This document shows, piece by piece, positions 26,081-38,174 of a DNA stretch of 64,000 nt. Below the pieces are notes generated by a model. That model worked only from the letters and a program-made list of their open reading frames with translations, was not told the DNA's origin and searched no databases. Made by a program: the position numbers and the translations under genes. This DNA is from Raja brachyura (Eukaryota). Location of the stretch: contig OY740814.1 in NCBI GenBank assembly GCA_963514005.1, forward strand, positions 15,872,001 to 15,936,000, in the 5' to 3' direction. Numbering within the stretch: position 1 is the stretch's first letter; the number at the start of each line of letters is the position of its first letter.

Positions 26081-27489
26081 CATAAATAAAACAATGTTCT
26101 TCTTCCCATTGGAATTACCTTTTGTGGTCAAACTTATCTTAAATATGCCCTGTTTCCTGTCTAAGCTTTTCGACAGTGGAAGAAAGCTACGCAACTTATG
26201 AAGAAGTCGATCGCATTCTCCAGCAGTCTGAATGGGACATTATGTTACTTGATTAATTCTGTCTTTCACACCGCAGTTATGCATCAGATGTATAATAAAC
26301 CAGCAGTCCCACATCTCAATTGTATTAAGTCTCCAAGCGAAATAAAGTCTGAATGAGAAGGAAGGAGCAGGAGGGAGGAGATAGAAAAGGGTATACTGAT
26401 CTGTCCTTTTCTATGTAAGGAGACAAAATGTATAAAGGTCTGATGAAGGGTCTCGATCCAAAACGTCACCTATTCCTTTTCTCCAGAGATGCTGCCTGAC
26501 CCACTGTTACTCCAGCATTTTGTGTCTCTCTTTTGTCCTTTTGATAACCGCTGTGGTGTAACTTAAACTGCTTTACATAAAATTCTCCACACGGGGGAGG
26601 TATGTTACAATAAATGTCCTTGGAATTCCATTGCCCATCACAATACTTCTATGCACTAGCTAATAAAATTGATCTAAAATATGATCTGATTCACCCCATG
26701 GTGCCTTTCAAATAGTTGGTCCAGGTCCTTTGTGCTTCTGATGGGCCAAAGTAATGTTAAACAATGCAACGACTTTGTTTCTTATGTCACTTTGGCAAAG
26801 TTGTTCCATGCAGACATGGCCCATAAATGGAGCTTACAATACTGAAACAAGCCTTAATTCAACCTCAGGAAAGGCACAAAAAGCTGGAGTATCTGAGCGT
26901 GTCAGGTAGCATCCCTGGAGAACATGAACAGGTGACCTTTCTTCAGACTGATCTCAGGGGTGGGGTTTATTTTACTTCAGCATTTTCGATCTTTCTTTGG
27001 TAAATCAGCATCTGAAGTTCTTTGTTTCCAACTAAACCTCAGCTGGGAAGATAGTGTTAACCACCTTCTTCGAGCCAGGCTGAACAATTATATTCTCAAC
27101 CAGGTTTTATCCATACCAATCTCCTCAGGACCCCAGCCCCTCTCTCTGGTTGAACCCCCAATCAATCATCACTTCAAGAAGCACTTCTCCGCAAGCATCT
27201 GGTCCCCCCCCCCCCCCCACCCACCCACTTGACTGACTTCCATTGTGCATTCCACTCCACTATGGTGAGAGCTCATGCACAAATGGGTTTTCAATTCAAG
27301 ATTTAAGCAAACAAAGTTTAAATATGTAAAGCTAAAATGTGTTAAGTTAATATAACACATGTTTTAAATAGAAAAGTCACAGTTAAAGTTAACATGTTTG
27401 AGAACTTTCCGTACCAAGTTCTTAAGACCTCACCTACAAATATTATAACCATCTTATCTCCTTCCATTTTTACAGTTCTGGTTGGCCCA

Positions 27490-28075
27490 TTACAGGGAGG
27501 ATGTGGAGTCTTTGGAGAGGGTGCATAAGAGGTCTACCAGAATGTTGCCTTGATTGGCGGGTTTTAGCTATGTTAGACAAGCTTAGGGTTACACAAAAAG
27601 CTGGAGAAACTCAGCGGGTGCAGCAGCATCTACGGAGCGAAGGAGATAGGCGACGTTTTGGGTCGAGACCCTTCTAGACAAGCTTAAACTGTTATCTCTG
27701 GAGCATCAGAGGTTGAGAGGAAACATGATAGAATAAATATCAAATTATGACAGGCATAGTTATGATAAATAGTCAGGACCCTTTCCATAAAGACCAGGCA
27801 TAACTTTAAGATCGAGTGGGAACGTTTAAAGAAGATGTACTGGGCAGGTGTTTTTTGTTTTGTGGGTGACTAGCATGTGCTGCCAGGGGTGGTAATGGAA
27901 GATAATTTGACAGTGGCATTTAAGAGGCTTTTACATAGGCACATGCTAATGCAGGGATGGAAGGACATGCATCACATCAGGCAGGGGAGATTAGTTTTGA
28001 CTTGGCATCAAGTTTGGCACAATCATTATGAGTTGAAGAGTCTGTTCTTGGCTGTACTTTTCTGTGCACTATGTT
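27490..28075 (+). mobile_element. Degenerate CR1 3' fragment interrupted by a hammerhead-type insert
   Basis: ttggagagggtgca..., ctggagcatcagaggttgagagg, CR1-type 3' UTR. Confidence 0.7.
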
Positions 28076-29059
28076 TAATGTTTCAAATGAAGAACAATTG
28101 ACTGTAATTAATCCAGCATCGTTTTTACAAGGATTATTTAGAAAGGACATGATGAGGGGTGGGGAATTTGAAGATAGTTACTTTTGCCTGGGATGTTTAG
28201 ATTTATGGAATGACGTAGAGCAGACAACAGTTGTTTGGCTCATCATGTTCCTTGGGCTGATCTATTCAATTAGTCCTATGCCCCTCCTCATTCCCCACAG
28301 CCTGCATCTTTTGAGCATTTATCAAAATCAATTAAATTCAAAGTAGATTATCCATGTTAATTACAATATTATAGAGAAGTCCTTCTCTGGTTATATTGGA
28401 CGAAAGCCATAACGGCACAAACTAAGTTTTTAGAAGCAAAACATTAAAGGAGATGTTCCAAATATTTAGCTTTTCAAAATTGTCACTATTATAGCTTTGA
28501 AGTGAAATGGAACAGGTTACTCCACAATTAACATGAACATTGAGGTAGTGATTTGGTCTACATTAGCAGGCCGGACCATAAAGGCTGATCTTCATGTGTA
28601 GTCTTCCTTACAATGAAGGCTCTGGGGAAAGGCAACAAGGGGATAACAATTCAGGTCACTGGCCAGACTAAATAAGCCACTGATAAACTCCAAGTAATCC
28701 ACCTTTATTCTTTGCCCTCTTGCATGACTATGGTCATGCAAGAGGGCAAGCCAAGTCAAAACTAATGTGTGTTTTTGCACTAAAGTCTTTTTTTTTTGCA
28801 CAGCCTGTTTTGTTTTCACTGTCATGTGGAATGTATATGTAATCTATGTATAATTTATGTCTTGTGTGTTATCTGAGTCTATGTGTCTGTGATGCTGCTC
28901 TAAACAAGATTTTAATTGCACCTGTACCTCGCCCGACTAGCGCATATGACAATAGACGTGACTATTAGGCTGCATCTGTGAAAAGAGAAACAGAACTTGT
29001 TTTGCAGGTCAAAGACGCTTCTTCAAAACCGGGAAGCAGACAAGGGAAGCTGGTTATGC

Positions 29060-29221
29060 NNNNNNNNNNNNNNNNNNNNNNNNNNNNNNNNNNNNNNNNN
29101 NNNNNNNNNNNNNNNNNNNNNNNNNNNNNNNNNNNNNNNNNNNNNNNNNNNNNNNNNNNNNNNNNNNNNNNNNNNNNNNNNNNNNNNNNNNNNNNNNNNN
29201 NNNNNNNNNNNNNNNNNNNNN
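29060..29221. other. Assembly gap (162 N)
   Basis: Run of n. Confidence 1.
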
Positions 29222-29769
29222 GATAAGAGTAAAACTGGGTGATCATGAAGAGAGCTGTAAACAAAGTTACCTGGTAAATGAATGAAGAATTTCCTTTGTT
29301 CCACCCATTGCCTTCTCTGCTACTCGTACTAACCTCTCTCTCTCTTTCTCAGTTCTAATGAAGGGTTTCAGACACAATACATTAATTGTTTCTCTTTCCA
29401 CAGATGCTGCCCGACCTACTGAATTTTACCAGCGTTTGCTTTTTTAATTCCATATTTCCAGCACCTGTATTTTTTCGAATTCCACAGAATTTGTACTGGG
29501 TGCCTATAGGGTTAAGAACAAGCACAATGGGGTTGTGCCAAAATAAATAATCAACTGGAGACATGGAGAATGAGATATGTGTAGAAAGGATGTTTTTAAT
29601 TATGCATCATAAAAAGTGAACATGTCCCAGGCAAGGAAGATTGAGTAACAATAGATCTATAAAATATAGGATGGCACAACTCAGAATGACAGACGCTATG
29701 CTTCTCCACTGCTCCACTTTGAATTATGCCCTGACCTCATTTGAAGCCAGAGTATTAAACACTCTTCAG

Positions 29770-30110
29770 ACATCAAGGATACAATAGCATAGTAGTTCTG
29801 CTGCAAGACTACTAATGTTGAACCCTCAACTAATGATCGAGAGACACAAATTCAAATCCCATGATGGTGGCTGGGGAATTTATATGCTGTTAATTAAAAC
29901 TGGAATAAAAAGCATATCATTAATTATGACCATGAAATTTCTGGATTGCTGTAAAAACCCATCTGGTTCACTAATAACCTTCACAAAAGGCACTCTGCCA
30001 GTCTTACATGATCTGGCCTCCATGTGGTGCCACATCCACTGTTAACTCTTGCCTGCCCTATGAAGGAGCCAAGCGAGACACTCAGTTACACCAAACCACT
30101 GCAAGTTGGA
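29770..30110 (+). repeat. Old dispersed SINE-like repeat
   Basis: aaaacccatctggttcactaat...ctctgcc motif recurs at about 1560-1770, 36760-36970 and 48280-48560. Confidence 0.55.
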
Positions 30111-31057
30111 CAAGTGGCTGTCCTGCAGTTCATGATGATCAACAGCTGAGCCATTAGATACAGACAGTACACACCTTATACATATCAATGAAATGAAAAT
30201 AATTGACTACCAATATCAATTTATGTTGGATGAGAACATCATTCTACAGATGTCTATCAAACAGCACAACTCTATAAACAGGTAAGAGGACAATGAATGT
30301 CAGATTTCAAAAGATTTTTGTTATGCTCTTGATTGGCGGAAGATAATGCACATTATTTAGAACATCGTTTATTGTGAAAGCTGCTTCTTCCTCGATACTT
30401 TTCACGCTTAATTGAGATTAATTGATTTCTGGAACTGTGTATCCTGACACAGAAAGTCACTGTTTCAAGAGACATTCCCAAGTCATTGTGGCCTTCTAAC
30501 TCATTTTTGAGTTTCTACCACTTCATTTCCTTCTTTCTGGGAAGGCACTTGGCTTGCTGCAGTGAAGTTTTACATTACACTCGACAAGCCAATCTTCAGC
30601 AAGTGAGCCTGCCTATACATTCAATCACTGACAGTATTATAGTTGGCTTTGACCACATTCTCACTCAACACTTAAAGCATAACTATAGATTAGTTGTCTT
30701 ACAACATATCAATCTATAAATCGATCCTAAGTGCTGCATATAGTAGTGATTTACTTTTGAGGGTTTTTCTAAGTAAGCACAAATTCCAACAGGGATTATG
30801 ACTGTAATAAAGGAGCACACACTGGCATTTGCATAACACTTTCCCACCTCAAGTATATCCCAAAGCCTTATGACAACGTAGTACAATGAATGTTGTATAT
30901 AGGGCATGTGGTGATCAAATTCCACAAGATCCCACAAACAGCAGGCTTAGAATTTATTTTGGATGTGTACTTCTTCCATCACTTGTGCATAACCTGTCCC
31001 TGCTCTCTTGGAAGCTCCCTCTCCATGTTGAAGAATAATGGGCAAATTATTCCCATG

Positions 31058-31162
31058 GGTACACAAAAGGCTGGAGAAACTCAGCGGGTGCAGCAGCATC
31101 TAAGGAGCGAAGGAGATAGGCGACGTTTCGGGTCGAGACCCTTCTTCAGACTTCTACAAAAT
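31058..31162 (-). mobile_element. Single-arm hammerhead-bearing insert
   Basis: CTGAAGA-A-GGGTCTCGACCC-GAAAC-GTC; 12-bp TSD attattcccatg. Confidence 0.8.
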
Positions 31163-31288
31163 ATTATTCCCATGTTGATTGAGTGCTAATTGCAAGGAAA
31201 TGCCTGGTAATCACCTTTATCATTGTGGCATCATTTACTCCAGAAGATAGACTGGCTCTTGCTTATTACCGTGCCAGTTCCCAAAGCA

Positions 31289-32205
31289 GGGCGGCCCTTA
31301 CGTCTCATATCATGAAGGCAATGGAGCGGCTACTTATTCGTCTCCTGAGACCACAAGTCCAGCACGCACTCGACCCACTACAGTTTGCGCACCAGGAGAA
31401 CATTGGTGTGGATGACGCAGTCCTATACATGCTGCACCGGATTTACTCCTTTTTGGACGAACCAGGTGGCTACGTGAGGATTATGTTCTTCGACTTCTCA
31501 AGTGCGTTCAACACCATCCAACCCCTGATTTTGAAGGACAAGCTTGAGAAGATGGGGGTGGGTTCCACCTTTATCTCCTGGATATACAACTACCTGACGG
31601 GTTGACCACAGTTTGTTAAGCTGGGGGACTGTGTTTCCGGGACAGTGGTGTGCAACGTTGGAGCCCCACAGGGAACGGTTTTGGCCCCGTTCTCTTCATC
31701 CTGTATACTGCAGACTTCAAATATAAGTCTGACACATGCCACATACAGAAATATTCAGATGACACAGTGATTGTGGTATGTGTAAGGAACGGACATGAGG
31801 AGGAATACAGGGACTTGACCAGTGCCTTCTGTGTCTGGAGTAAAGAGAACTGTCTCATCCTGAACACAACCAAGACCAAAGAGGTGGTGGTTAACTTTGG
31901 CAGGTCCAAGCTCCCCCTTCAGCCGGTTAACACTGCAGGGGTGGACATTGAGGTGGTGCAGACATATAAATATCTGGGAGTGGACCTTGATAACAAACTG
32001 GACTGGTCAGTCAACACCAATGCCCTCTACAAAAAAGGACAGAGCAGACTCTTTTTCCTCAGAAGGCTCAGATCCTTCAATGTGCGCAATGACATACTGT
32101 ACTTGTTTTACTATACTGGGGTTGCAAGTGTCATTTTCTACGGTTGTCTGCTGGGGAAACAACATCAGCAAGAAGTTGGACAAGCTGGTAAAACGAGCTA
32201 GCTCA
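31289..32205 (+). mobile_element. Rex1/Babar-type LINE RT fragment (stop codon and frameshifts)
   Basis: ALTSHIMKAMERL, LDPLQFA, YVRIMFFDFSSAFNTIQP, KYSDDT, KKGQSRLFFLRRLRSFNV. Confidence 0.88.
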
Positions 32206-32217
32206 GTTATATCTATA

Positions 32218-32400
32218 CAAAGCCAATTAACCTACAAACCTGTACATCTTTGGAGTGTGAGAGGAAATCGAAGATCTCGGAGCAAACCCACGTGGTCACG
32301 GGGAGAACATAATAACTCCATACAGACTGCACCCATACTCGGGATCAAACCCGTCTCCGGTGCTGAAAGCCAGAAAATCTACCGCTGTGCCACCGTGCCG
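32218..32400 (-). mobile_element. HE1-like V-SINE (partial)
   Basis: Head and V-domain present. Confidence 0.75.
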
Positions 32401-32873
32401 CACATATATGAATGCATGCCTATATGAATGGAAATATTGACTAGGCTGCTCCCTTAATTCAGATGGCTTCTGGCACAGAACGGCGAGTTCAACAGGCCAG
32501 AAACTCAACTCCATTTTGCATCTCTAGAGTAAGAAACTATTACTGCTACAGGTCTGAAAGGGCTAGTGTTCAATCAGCAAGCTGACGTGATAATTATATT
32601 CCTCTTATTCACACATGCTGCTTTACATAACAGGGAGTATTTCTCACATTTTATAGCTCTATTTAACTTCTTTCAAAATATTTCAAGTATATACAATTTG
32701 CACATGAATTTAGTTATTTAAGTGCAACATGATTTGGAGTGCTTGATAGACAGAATATGAGTAGTTTGTTGAGTTTCCAACATTTCACAGTACTATTCTT
32801 TGGAGAATTGGTATCTCATTAAACAATTTCAAGGTTGTCATGCATACCATGATCTGCACGGAGCTCCACTTAC

Positions 32874-33077
32874 CCATAATAATCCAAATAAGCATACAGG
32901 AGATAGCGCTGCTCGTACTTGAGGCAGTGGAGGATGAAACAGCTATGGAAATGAAGTCCTTCACTGGATTGATACACTGGAACTAGGTGAGGGTCCTGCA
33001 TCACTCCCCCTGTGCAACTAAGCCTTGCCAGGAGCTGTTCAAAGTCTGCAACCTCTGATGGGATGAATATCCTTTTT
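32874..33077 (-). CDS. SPG11: Spatacsin exon 16 equivalent, 204 nt
   Basis: aacag|A...TGG|gtaagt; IFIPSEVADFEQLLARLSCTGGVMQDPH...LLYAYLDYY. Confidence 0.92.
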
Positions 33078-33489
33078 CTGTTTAAAAACAAATACAAAAA
33101 CATAAACATAAAAACAAATTGTCAAGATGTCAATAAATTCACGACGTACCCTTATTTACTACAAAATGTATAAATTAGGTGCAGGATTAGGCCGCTCAGC
33201 CCTTCTAGTAATCTCTGCCAGCTAATCATAGAATGGCTGATTACTGGTCCACACTTCATTCATTCTTTCATTCACTTGGAAAGAAAAAGAGACCAGGGCT
33301 ACACTATTTGGATACTAGGTATTGTATGGTGCCTACTACATCTGGCAACATCAGCATTTTGTGGCACTGAATTCCAAAACATTATTTGAGAATGTTCAAT
33401 GTTGAGAAAGTACATGTGAATTGTCTAATTTTGTATATCAATAAACTAACATTTCCAGTTGCCTGTATACACACCTGTGTACACATCTG

Positions 33490-34400
33490 CCATTGAGACT
33501 TAAGATGTTAGTGCTCTGCTGGATGCTTCCCTTCCATGTTGAAGAATAGTTGGCCAGAGATTACGAATAGTCAGGGGGGATGCTTGAGACCCTTGTAGAA
33601 GTGTGTCCTCTGTCCCCTGGGAAAACTCTTGCCATGATGGAGTTCAGAGCACTGTGCTTGTTTTTAGGGTTCCAGTGTCAGGACAACCTGTCCTGTCCAA
33701 TGGAGTTCGTTTTTAGTGTGTTCAGAGCCTGATGCAGTGTCCATTGGCCTGGGAGTGGACTCTGACTTTAGTTCACCTATCCTGCCAACGGATGGTTCTT
33801 TCCCAGTGCTCTGAACTGCCTCCTGCATGTTGTCCACATCTCCCACCAATACGGGAAGGTGTAGACCACTTGGTGGACCATGAGGTTAGCACCGGTTAGT
33901 CTTCAAGCACTGTTGAACGCACTCGCATTGGTATACTGAAGCTTTCGTTGAGAGGTGGCTCCCAAGAAATGCCAGATAATCTATGTTTCCAAGAGTCGTG
34001 TGCAAGGTGGGGGAGGTGGTAGGCTGCGCAGTTGGCCCCTCCTGAATTAAGTATAAAGACCATACTTTCAAATGCTTCAGTGAAGAAAATCAACAATGAT
34101 TTGGACTTGAGTCACTGAATGTCATATCACCCAAGGGGCATTACAGAGAATCCTTCTCAAATATGGTAGTCCTTAGAAATCCATTACCATTACACTGTTA
34201 CTCAGTGACAAGCAGATCATGATCCTAACCAATGGGTTCATCACAGACTTCTCATTCAGTACATCTGCAGTGTAATACTGTATTTCACTCCAACAAGACT
34301 TCCCAAGGACAAACGAGATATTCATCATCTCCTCCAAACCCAACACCCTTAATTGCAATTCGGAGTCAATGAACAGTTTGTATAGTTTGACACTTTTACT
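33490..34400 (-). mobile_element. Degenerate RTE-clade LINE 3' region
   Basis: FLGSHLSTKA, LHWTGQVV and PGGQR-like remnants of the RTE C-terminus. Confidence 0.6.
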
Positions 34401-34605
34401 TAAGGCATGTGTCATGACAATAAATGAACACAGAAGATTCAATGTAAGTGATATACGATACTATTCTTTGCAGTATTAAGAGCATCATAGTTCATTGGGA
34501 CAAAAGTTCACAAACATTTCTGGAACCAGTTAATTATATTACAAACATAATGTTTCCAACTGAGAAAAAAGACACTGCAAGGAAAAGGAATTGCTTATGG
34601 TTAAA

Positions 34606-34640
34606 TCATCATCATCATCAGCAGCAGCAGCAGCAGCAAC
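34606..34640 (+). repeat. (CAT)n(CAG)n microsatellite
   Basis: Direct reading. Confidence 0.9.
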
Positions 34641-36108
34641 CAATTGCACTTGGATAGCACCAGTGGGTTTTTTTTAATATAAGCATATAGGTACTAGTAT
34701 GCATATAAAAGTTCATCCAGTGTTAATGGCTCCTTTTAACCTTTTAGAGATGCCAGTGCACGACACCGGCATGGTCCGTCACATAAAACGCACTGGATAG
34801 CATCATTAATACCGGAAAACATTCTAAGTGGTTTCACAGGCACGAAGTTTAACAGCATGTGACACCAAATTACACAAAGTGACGTTATGGTCGACAATCA
34901 AAAGAGTGTTCGGAGAGGTAGCTTTTAAGGATCCTCTGAAAGGAGGAGATGGAATTATAAAGGGGCTTAGTGGGTGAATTCCAAAGCTGAGGGCCCAGGC
35001 AAACAGAAGCTGCAGGGGAGTTGTGTTTTAATAATATATTCATAGTTAATGCAATTTATATTGGTGCAACAAGCATATTTCCCAATTTCATGTGAAATAA
35101 TTATTTTTGTTAACCACATTCTTGATAATAGAATGCTGACAAAGCAACTGTGGATTTAAGCAGGACTGTGGATTTAAGGTTTTGAATTGTCTCAAGCTTG
35201 TTGCTTGAAATGTATTAGTAATAATCCATTTTATATAAAAGGAAAACATCAAACAGAATAGGCTATTAGAACATTTATTTTCTTAACCTCACATTCTAAT
35301 CCTTTGAGAGGATTGTTTAAGTTGCCAATGTTTATTCTGAAGACATGAACCATACAGAATGCTTGCCTTCATCATCATAGGTGAAATGCAAGGTCGGGCG
35401 GGGGGGGGGGGGGGGGGGGTCAAGTTCAAATGGTGTGCACATTAGTCAGATCTTGGGAGTGCTGTGAACAATCTGATCACAACATTACAGGAGATAAGTC
35501 ATGGCACTGGAAAGGGTGCGGAGAGCATTTGACAGGAACATAAAATTCTAATTATAAAAAAAGATCGAGTCGGCTGGGCCATTAAATAAGGCACGCACAA
35601 TTCTGATGGTTTGTGGAGAAAGGTAAAATGGCTGGAAGAACATGCTGAGAACTTGGGGAAAGGGGCAGGTGAGGGTTAAGATAGTTTTCGCTTATGTAAG
35701 GCATATGGAATACTGGAGAACACTGCATGAAAGAGGGATTGAAGAATCCTCATTCAATGGAAAAGAATGCACCTGCTGGGCTAGATCTATCTCAGCTGGC
35801 AGGGATTCAATGGACTGAACCACCTTTCTCTCTGCCATTAGGATCTTTGATTCCATGAAGAGAAGACATGCATTCAAGTATGAATTGTTCTGCTATATGT
35901 TGAGTTCAGGAATCCATTACATGGGCAATAGAGAAAATCAACCTAAATATAGAGCGCACACACACTCTACATGCCTAAAATCTTACTAACCTGCATCCAT
36001 TCAATTGTACCAGAACCAATTCCTTCCTTAGATATCATCCAAACAGTGTGAGCAGTTTAATTCTGCTTGCTTAAGTTGGTGCATTTAAGAGTGACATGTA
36101 ATATTTAC

Positions 36109-36307
36109 CTTGCTAGTTTGTTTAATATTTCATTTCTCATGTAGCGACTGCAACACGTGTTCTGATTCACAATCTCGGCTGTTAGAGTTGGCCAGCTTGC
36201 AGAAGGCTCACTACTCTGGAAGACTTGGATCCAGTTAGAAATTCTGGCCCAACTATGTCTGGAAGTGAGGTAGCTCCACAGTACCTCGGGACTGCTGGAC
36301 TGAATTG
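36109..36307 (-). CDS. SPG11: Spatacsin exon 15 equivalent, 199 nt
   Basis: cacag|CA...AAG|gtaaat; SPEVLWSYLTSRHSW...NQNTCCSRYMRNEILNKLAR. Confidence 0.92.
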
Positions 36308-37054
36308 CTGTGAAAATATTTGTGCAACAGCATCACTAATTAACAAGATATTTGACAAAAGATTCTCTATATTCAATTCTAAACAAAAGGCAAAATAACA
36401 GTATGAAATTACACTGCCCTCATTTGGATCCCACCACACTATGAAGGCATCCAAGACCCGAGAGGGTTCAGAAAAGAACTCTACTGAAATTTAGGCTCTT
36501 CTTCCTGATAAATGGCAGTAATTGAGCATATAATGTTTTAAACATGACAGAAGGAAGGTGGAATCAGAATGTGCATGGGGAAAATGCCAATATTTAAGAA
36601 AAACTCCCACAGCGGATCTGAATAGCATCATTTTTTTGGTTCCTACGAAACAAATATGTGTAATTGATATTGTAAATGCATTTCAGAAAGTCAATGCTTA
36701 TTTTCTCTATAGATTTGTGTATTATGGGCAATTCAATGCTCAGCCCCGATTATCCTGATGAGGAGGTGGTGAGCAAGTTAGCACTACTTAGCCTGGAGTA
36801 AATATTGAGTAAATTCGACCATGGCCCTTGTGAAATTAAGTTCAGTTAATTAAATACCCTCTGGAATCAAAAAACTAATATAAGTGACGGTGTCCAAGAA
36901 TCTACACAATTGTCAGAAAAATCCATCTTATGGATTTTATCTTATCCATCTTATTCATGGAAGGAAATGCTTAGCAATATTTGAATAGTGACTATGCTTA
37001 AAATAGTTAAAACATGGAAAGAGCTTTAGAACCTTTGAGATTGTGAGTGGAGCA

Positions 37055-37250
37055 CAAAAATGCTGGAGAAACTCAGCGGGTGCAGCAGCATCTATGGAGC
37101 GAAGGAAATAGGCAACGTTTCGGGCCAAAACCCTTCTTCAGACACGTTGCCTAATTCCTTTGCTCCATAGATGCTGCTGCATCTGCTGAGTTTCTCCAGC
37201 ATTTTTGTGTACCTTCAATTTTCCAGCATCTGCAGTTCCTTCTTAAAAAC
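37055..37250. mobile_element. Inverted-dimer Penelope terminal-repeat insert with hammerhead-like core
   Basis: About 65-bp inverted arms; 15-bp TSD attgtgagtggagca. Confidence 0.8.
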
Positions 37251-37986
37251 ATTGTGAGTGGAGCAATTAATTCTTCTCCATCGAAAACCAAAATCGGCAT
37301 ACAGGACATTTTAGATACAAGGAACTACAGATACAGAGTGCTGAAGTGACTCAGAGAGTCAGGCCGCATCTCTGGAGAACGTGGATAGGTGCCGTTTCAG
37401 AACCTATCCACGTTGCTGGACATTTTAATGGCTTCTTGCTCGAAAATGAGCAGGATTTGAGCACATACAATGTTTGAAGCATTACAAAAGGGACATGGAA
37501 TCAAAAGGCTCCATAGTCAAACTCTGTGTCACACAGAACCAGCCCTACAACAGAGGGAATGAGGAGCTGTAGGGTTTAAGAGACTTACGTGGTATTTAAA
37601 ACTGTTGGATAGGCACATGCAGGGAATGGAGGATATTAATTATGTGCAGGCAGATAAGAGTTGTTCGGCAGAGACATTGTGGGCTGAAGGATCTGTTCCT
37701 GTGCTATACTGTTCTGTGTTCAATGTCATTAAAGACCTTAGGTCTTTACTCAAATCCAGTCTTGAAAATATTCTTTCAAATAATGAGACTGAGATACTAA
37801 TTTAATGGTGATGTTTTGGACACCAATGAACCATTTCTAGTGCTTGAGAATTGCAGATGGGACCACAGAGACAAAACTGCTTCCAATGATTAGCCTTTGG
37901 GTCAAGAAACCTTCACAACATTGTCACAAGGATCATATGCGCATGTAAATTATGCTCTTCTGAACTGTAGCAAAAGACAAACGTAC

Positions 37987-38174
37987 CTATATCGAATCCT
38001 CGGGATAATCGAATTCGCTCCTTTGAATTGCTATCCCACCATTTGGCCCAATTCAGTATGACCATACAACAAGGGTTTCCTTGTGAAGGATGCTCAGAGT
38101 TCCCAACTTTACTGTTCATGATTTGTTCCAGAACAACAGAATACCTGGGATCAACATCTTCAGCCTGAAATAAG
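37987..38174 (-). CDS. SPG11: Spatacsin exon 14 equivalent, 188 nt
   Basis: ttccag|C...TAG|gtacgt; LFQAEDVDPRY...VILNWAKWWDSNSKERIRLSR; this acceptor keeps the frame. Confidence 0.85.

Noticed and set aside
28965-29304. ORFs spanning the N run, or a hidden exon in the gap
   Set aside because: Gap artefact; exons 16 and 17 join in frame without it.
34448-34657. ORF with polyH/polyQ
   Set aside because: Intronic microsatellite on the antisense strand with no exon context.
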